A stretch of DNA of 19,983 bases from Thermoproteota archaeon (GTDB lineage Archaea; Korarchaeota; Korarchaeia; Korarchaeales; Korarchaeaceae). Where the stretch lies: positions 1-19,983 of the forward strand of contig JAVCBY010000109.1 of NCBI GenBank assembly GCA_037917625.1, in the 5' to 3' direction. The notes under the pieces are model-generated. The model was not told the origin of the DNA and searched no databases. It was given only the letters and a program-made list of their open reading frames with translations. Below, piece by piece: positions 16,143 through 19,983 of the stretch (its first letter is position 1; each line of letters opens with the position of its first letter). The position numbers and the translations under genes are program-made.

Positions 16143-17049
16143 CCCTCCTCCTCATTATCAAGGGGGCTATGCCCGTGGGCAATACTGCGAGCGTTATTAC
16201 CAATATGGCTAGGGGTATTATCATCATGTAATTTATTATATCGGGACCTACTACTGAGGCTAGAGAAGAGAGAAGCAATATCTTTGCGAATCCAAGCAGA
16301 AAACTTCCAATAGGTGCTCCTATTAGGTAATCAAGCCCACCTACTGTACTGGCGCAGAACATCTCAGCTAAATAGTAAGTACCTGTGAAAACATTGCACA
16401 TCTGGTAGAAGGGGAGCAATGCCCCAGCTACCCCAGCAGTAGCTCCTGCTATGAACCAAGAGATCAGGAGCATCCTGGAGACATTTATTCCCAAGGTCTG
16501 CGCTAAGGATGGGTTCTCCATACATGCTCTTAATGCTACTCCTAAGTTCGTCCTGTAGAGTAAGAGCTGAAGCGCTATCATCGTGACGAGAAATGCCGCA
16601 AGTGAGATGAAAACTATTCCCCGAAGCCCGAATATATTAAAATCCATTGGAGCAAAATAGATATTCCTTGATAATATCTTGAACTCAAATTGGAGTATAT
16701 CAGCTAGTATGTTGAGGACTCCGTACATCAGTATATCGAAGGAGAGAGTGGCTATCATAAGGAGGAATATTGATGCTTTTCTTTTCCTCAAAGGCTCTAA
16801 TATGTAAAAGAGCAATACAGCCACTAGGCCACCGAGGATAAAGCCAAGAGGAATTCCAAAGTACGGGTGGGAGCCGAAAACCCAGGCTATCGTTGATGCA
16901 TATATGCCAGTTGTTACAAAGGATGCGTGAGCGAAGTTAGGGACTCTTGTAGTTCTGTAAAGGAGAGTAATCCCTATGGCAGTTAAAGAAAGTATGGAGG
17001 ACCAAACTAAGGCTTGTATAAGGGTACCAACGGAGAAGATAACTTGCAT
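16135..17049 (-). CDS. livH: Liv-type ABC transporter permease (LivH-like)
   Basis: AIGITLLY...NFAH, RTNLGVALRA...A..LGIN and VGGL motifs. Confidence 0.88.
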   Translation of the reverse strand: MQVIFSVGTLIQALVWSSILSLTAIGITLLYRTTRVPNFAHASFVTTGIYASTIAWVFGSHPYFGIPLGFILGGLVAVLLFYILEPLRKRKASIFLLMIATLSFDILMYGVLNILADILQFEFKILSRNIYFAPMDFNIFGLRGIVFISLAAFLVTMIALQLLLYRTNLGVALRACMENPSLAQTLGINVSRMLLISWFIAGATAGVAGALLPFYQMCNVFTGTYYLAEMFCASTVGGLDYLIGAPIGSFLLGFAKILLLSSLASVVGPDIINYMMIIPLAILVITLAVLPTGIAPLIMRRRGV

Positions 17050-17766
17050 TCAATCACCCATCCCCAAGTAGAGCTCCATTATCTCCCTCTCACCCATGAG
17101 CTCCGAGGGCAGGCCCTTGAAGACCACCTGGCCACTTACAATCACATAAACCTTATCAGCAACCTCAAGAGCCTTCTGAACGTTTTGCTCAACCAAAACT
17201 ATACTCAACCCCTTCTGATCCCTTATCTCATTTATCTTCTTCGTTATGAGGTTCACGTAAAGGGGCATGAGACCTGCTGTAGGTTCATCTAGTAGCAAGA
17301 GCTTCGGGTTCCTCACTAGTCCTATGCTTATAGCCAACATCTGCCTCTCTCCCCCGCTGAGAGTTCCTGCTCTCTGCTTCTTCCTCTCCTTGAGTATTGG
17401 GAAGAGCTCGTATACATAATCCAGCATATCGGAACTTTTATCCTTGGAGAGGGCCATCGAGATCCTCAAATTTTCATCCACTGAGAGCTCCGAAAATATG
17501 TTTATCATCTGTAGTAAGTATGCGACTCCCATCCTCGCTATGCTGTGAGGAGGGAGCTTCGAGATCTCCTCCTCATCGAGCTTGATGCTTCCCGAGTAGA
17601 TATCAGCGATCCCGAAAATGCTATTCAGTAGAGTCGTTTTCCCTGCGCCATTAGGGCCGACTACAGCGACTATCTCCTTCTTCCCACAATCTATCGAGAC
17701 ATCATATAACACGTGCAACTTCCCATAACCCGAGTTCAGATTCTCGACCCTCAGCATGTCAACCAC
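17050..17766 (-). CDS. livF: Liv-type ABC ATPase (LivF-like)
   Basis: GPNGAGKTT, AGTLSGGERQMLAI, LLLDEP and VEQN motifs. Confidence 0.92.
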   Translation of the reverse strand: MVDMLRVENLNSGYGKLHVLYDVSIDCGKKEIVAVVGPNGAGKTTLLNSIFGIADIYSGSIKLDEEEISKLPPHSIARMGVAYLLQMINIFSELSVDENLRISMALSKDKSSDMLDYVYELFPILKERKKQRAGTLSGGERQMLAISIGLVRNPKLLLLDEPTAGLMPLYVNLITKKINEIRDQKGLSIVLVEQNVQKALEVADKVYVIVSGQVVFKGLPSELMGEREIMELYLGMGD

Positions 17767-18511
17767 CTATATAAACCATCCTGACTTGCTCATTCCTAGC
17801 TATCTCATCGGGCGTCCCGCTCGCTATTATCCTCCCCTGATGCATAGCGTATACGAAATCAACGTACTTCAGAGCTATGTCAAGCCTGTGCTCTATTATT
17901 AGGAAAGTCAGTTTCATCTCATCCCTCAATTTAACTATATGCGAGAATATATTATGAGCGAGCTTAGGATTCACGCCCGCGATGGGTTCATCGAGAACGA
18001 CCATTTTAGCCCCTGACATGAGAGCTCTACCTATCTCAATTAGCTTCAGAGCTCCGGCATCAAGAGAAGCTGGCTCCTTATCCCAGTAACTCTCGAGACC
18101 TAAGATCTTCATTATGTGGACTGCTCTATCCACAGCCTCCCTCTCATAATCCTTCCATGATGATTTGATCAAGTGCTTCGTGAAGGACTCGCCGGGATGA
18201 TTCCTCGCTGCGAGCAGGAGGTTCTCGAGCACCGATAATTGGAGGAAGGGAGAGGGTATCTGGAAGGTCCTCACGAAACCTCTCTCATACATCTTGTGCA
18301 TCGGTAGACCTGTGACATCTTCGTTCATGAAGTAAACCTTGCCGCCATCAGGCTTGTAGTAGCCGCTCACTGTGTTGACGAAAGTCGTCTTTCCGCATCC
18401 ATTTGGACCTATTAGCAGCGTTATTGAACCTTCTTCAACCCCTATGTTGACTTCATTAACAGCTATCAGGCCCCCGAACCTCTTGACGAGCTTATCAGTT
18501 TTCAATATCAT
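17759..18511 (-). CDS. livG: Liv-type ABC ATPase (LivG-like)
   Basis: FGGLIAV, GPNGCGKTT, RTFQ, LDEPIAGVNP and IEH motifs. Confidence 0.92.
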   Translation of the reverse strand: MILKTDKLVKRFGGLIAVNEVNIGVEEGSITLLIGPNGCGKTTFVNTVSGYYKPDGGKVYFMNEDVTGLPMHKMYERGFVRTFQIPSPFLQLSVLENLLLAARNHPGESFTKHLIKSSWKDYEREAVDRAVHIMKILGLESYWDKEPASLDAGALKLIEIGRALMSGAKMVVLDEPIAGVNPKLAHNIFSHIVKLRDEMKLTFLIIEHRLDIALKYVDFVYAMHQGRIIASGTPDEIARNEQVRMVYIGG

Positions 18512-18627
18512 GTATACCCCCTTAAAGCCTCGAGCTATCGACGACTTTATCGCTTTTTTAAAAACCTATCGCAAGAGTGTAGAGCGGGCTACGATCATTT
18601 TAGAACTAAAAAAGGTTAGGGTGAAGT

Positions 18628-19911
18628 TTAAGAGCCTAGAGGATGATACCAAGTTATGCTGTCCGCGATAGGATCGTACATGCCTATAAGTACCATCTTT
18701 CCATCTATTACAGCCCATATCTCCTCGCTCTGTGACTTCCTATCGTTCTTCTCATTGAGCTCAAGGTTCCCGCTCACTCCCCAGTACATCTTGGCCACGT
18801 AGGGTATAGCAGCCTTTATGGCATCAGCGTCGTACTTCCCAGCTAGTAGCGTTGATAGAGCGAGCACCCAAGCAGTATCATATGCCTGAAGCGCCCATAT
18901 ATCGGGCTCCATCCCTATCTCCTTCTTCACAGTTTCTACTATCCTCCTCTTCAGAGGCGTGTCCGGCGCTGTGAACTGCACGCACACGACTCTCACCTTT
19001 GAGGCTAGATCAGCAGCGTTCTTGAGCACGACATCAGCAGGGTATATGGTATCAGGAGCTATCCACTGTAGGTTGAGCAGGAAGCTCTTCCTAGCGTTAG
19101 CTTGTGTCAGAAGCAGGGTGAGGTCATCCTGCCATCCATTGTCGAATACAGCCACCTTCTCTCCTCTATCAACGTAAGGCTTAGCTGCAGCCTCCATCTG
19201 ATCCAATAATGCTGAGAAGTCCTTCATATCAGGCGGATAAACTGCATTAAGCAATACAGTGACGTCATACTCAGGAGCCAGTTTGACGAAGGCATCCCTA
19301 ACTGCTAAGTTGTAAGTATCGTCTATCGTTATGGTGACAACATACTTTATCCCTAAGGTCTTGAGGACGTTGAGCAGAGCTTTGGAATCTGGTATTGAGG
19401 ACTCAGCTGTAAACCTGAAGAGGTAACCACCTGGAGGAGCTACCCTCTCCCTGGGAGCTGTGGACGCTGAGCTCACAACTACTACCTTCTGAGTGTTAGC
19501 GAACTCAGCTAAGCTCCTAGTCTGCTTGCTGGTCAGTGATCCGAATATCACCTTGATCCCCCTAGCAGCGAGGGATTGGGCCCTCTGCAGCGTTAAGCTC
19601 GGGTTGGTCTCATCGTCCTCGAAGTAGAACTTGAATCTAACGTTGAGCCCTATGGATTTCACGAACTCATTTATGTCTTTCTCAGCTATCTTAGCTATGA
19701 CCTCCGACTGAAGGCCTGAGGAGGCCCAAGTGCCGCTCCTAGATACGATCACCCCGAATGGTATCTCGCTCGGAAGCGCTGCCGCTGGAGCGGTAACAGT
19801 AACTGTGGTTGCAGCACCTGGCCTGGGGATGAAGTAGCCGATAGCTACACCGATTAATAGCACTACTATTAGAAGTAGGGCTAAAACCGGGGTCGATATG
19901 CCTCTCCTCAT
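18628..19911 (-). CDS. Liv-type ABC substrate-binding protein, N-terminally membrane-anchored
   Basis: N-terminal hydrophobic helix and Thr/Ala linker; EDDETNP, SSASTAP, YLFRF, AYD and WGVSGNLELNEKNDR motifs; first gene of the operon. Confidence 0.88.
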   Translation of the reverse strand: MRRGISTPVLALLLIVVLLIGVAIGYFIPRPGAATTVTVTAPAAALPSEIPFGVIVSRSGTWASSGLQSEVIAKIAEKDINEFVKSIGLNVRFKFYFEDDETNPSLTLQRAQSLAARGIKVIFGSLTSKQTRSLAEFANTQKVVVVSSASTAPRERVAPPGGYLFRFTAESSIPDSKALLNVLKTLGIKYVVTITIDDTYNLAVRDAFVKLAPEYDVTVLLNAVYPPDMKDFSALLDQMEAAAKPYVDRGEKVAVFDNGWQDDLTLLLTQANARKSFLLNLQWIAPDTIYPADVVLKNAADLASKVRVVCVQFTAPDTPLKRRIVETVKKEIGMEPDIWALQAYDTAWVLALSTLLAGKYDADAIKAAIPYVAKMYWGVSGNLELNEKNDRKSQSEEIWAVIDGKMVLIGMYDPIADSITWYHPLGS

Positions 19912-19983
19912 GAAGACCCCCGATATCTGGGGGGGCTTACTTATAAATGTAACTATCCAGTTGCTGAAGGCACCTCATACGTT

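Noticed and set aside
992-19177. Numerous short ORFs antisense or out of frame to the called genes (e.g. 1421-1714, 6910-7335, 11966-12448, 13483-13824, 15832-16212)
   Set aside because: Shadow ORFs of well-supported genes with no independent motifs.

Overview
Archaeal DNA, Korarchaeota/Thermoproteota-like (inferred from L13e, the LysW pathway, TATA/BRE promoters and leaderless genes), dominated by amino-acid metabolism. Left to right: (1) an exact 114-bp inverted copy of part of the radical SAM gene, probably a chimeric junction; (2) a 262-bp non-autonomous IS200/IS605-type element with its own promoter and an omegaRNA-like structured RNA but no transposase or TnpB; (3) an ATP-cone protein, rpl13e, an SPL-like radical SAM gene and a vapBC pair; (4) a complete lysY-lysZ-lysW-lysX-lysJ-lysK cluster with a duplicated palindromic operator before lysW; (5) an acylphosphatase fused to a tandem-repeat coiled coil, and an MFS transporter; (6) an uncharacterised three-gene unit of APC amino-acid permease, GNDD-type metallophosphoesterase and AbiEii/MenT-like nucleotidyltransferase, the best candidate for an undescribed system; (7) a Liv-type ABC transporter operon ending in a Cys/Thr proline-racemase-family enzyme, probably a trans-3-hydroxyproline dehydratase. 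No tRNA, rRNA or CRISPR array was seen. All calls come from motif recognition by eye; no database searches were run.
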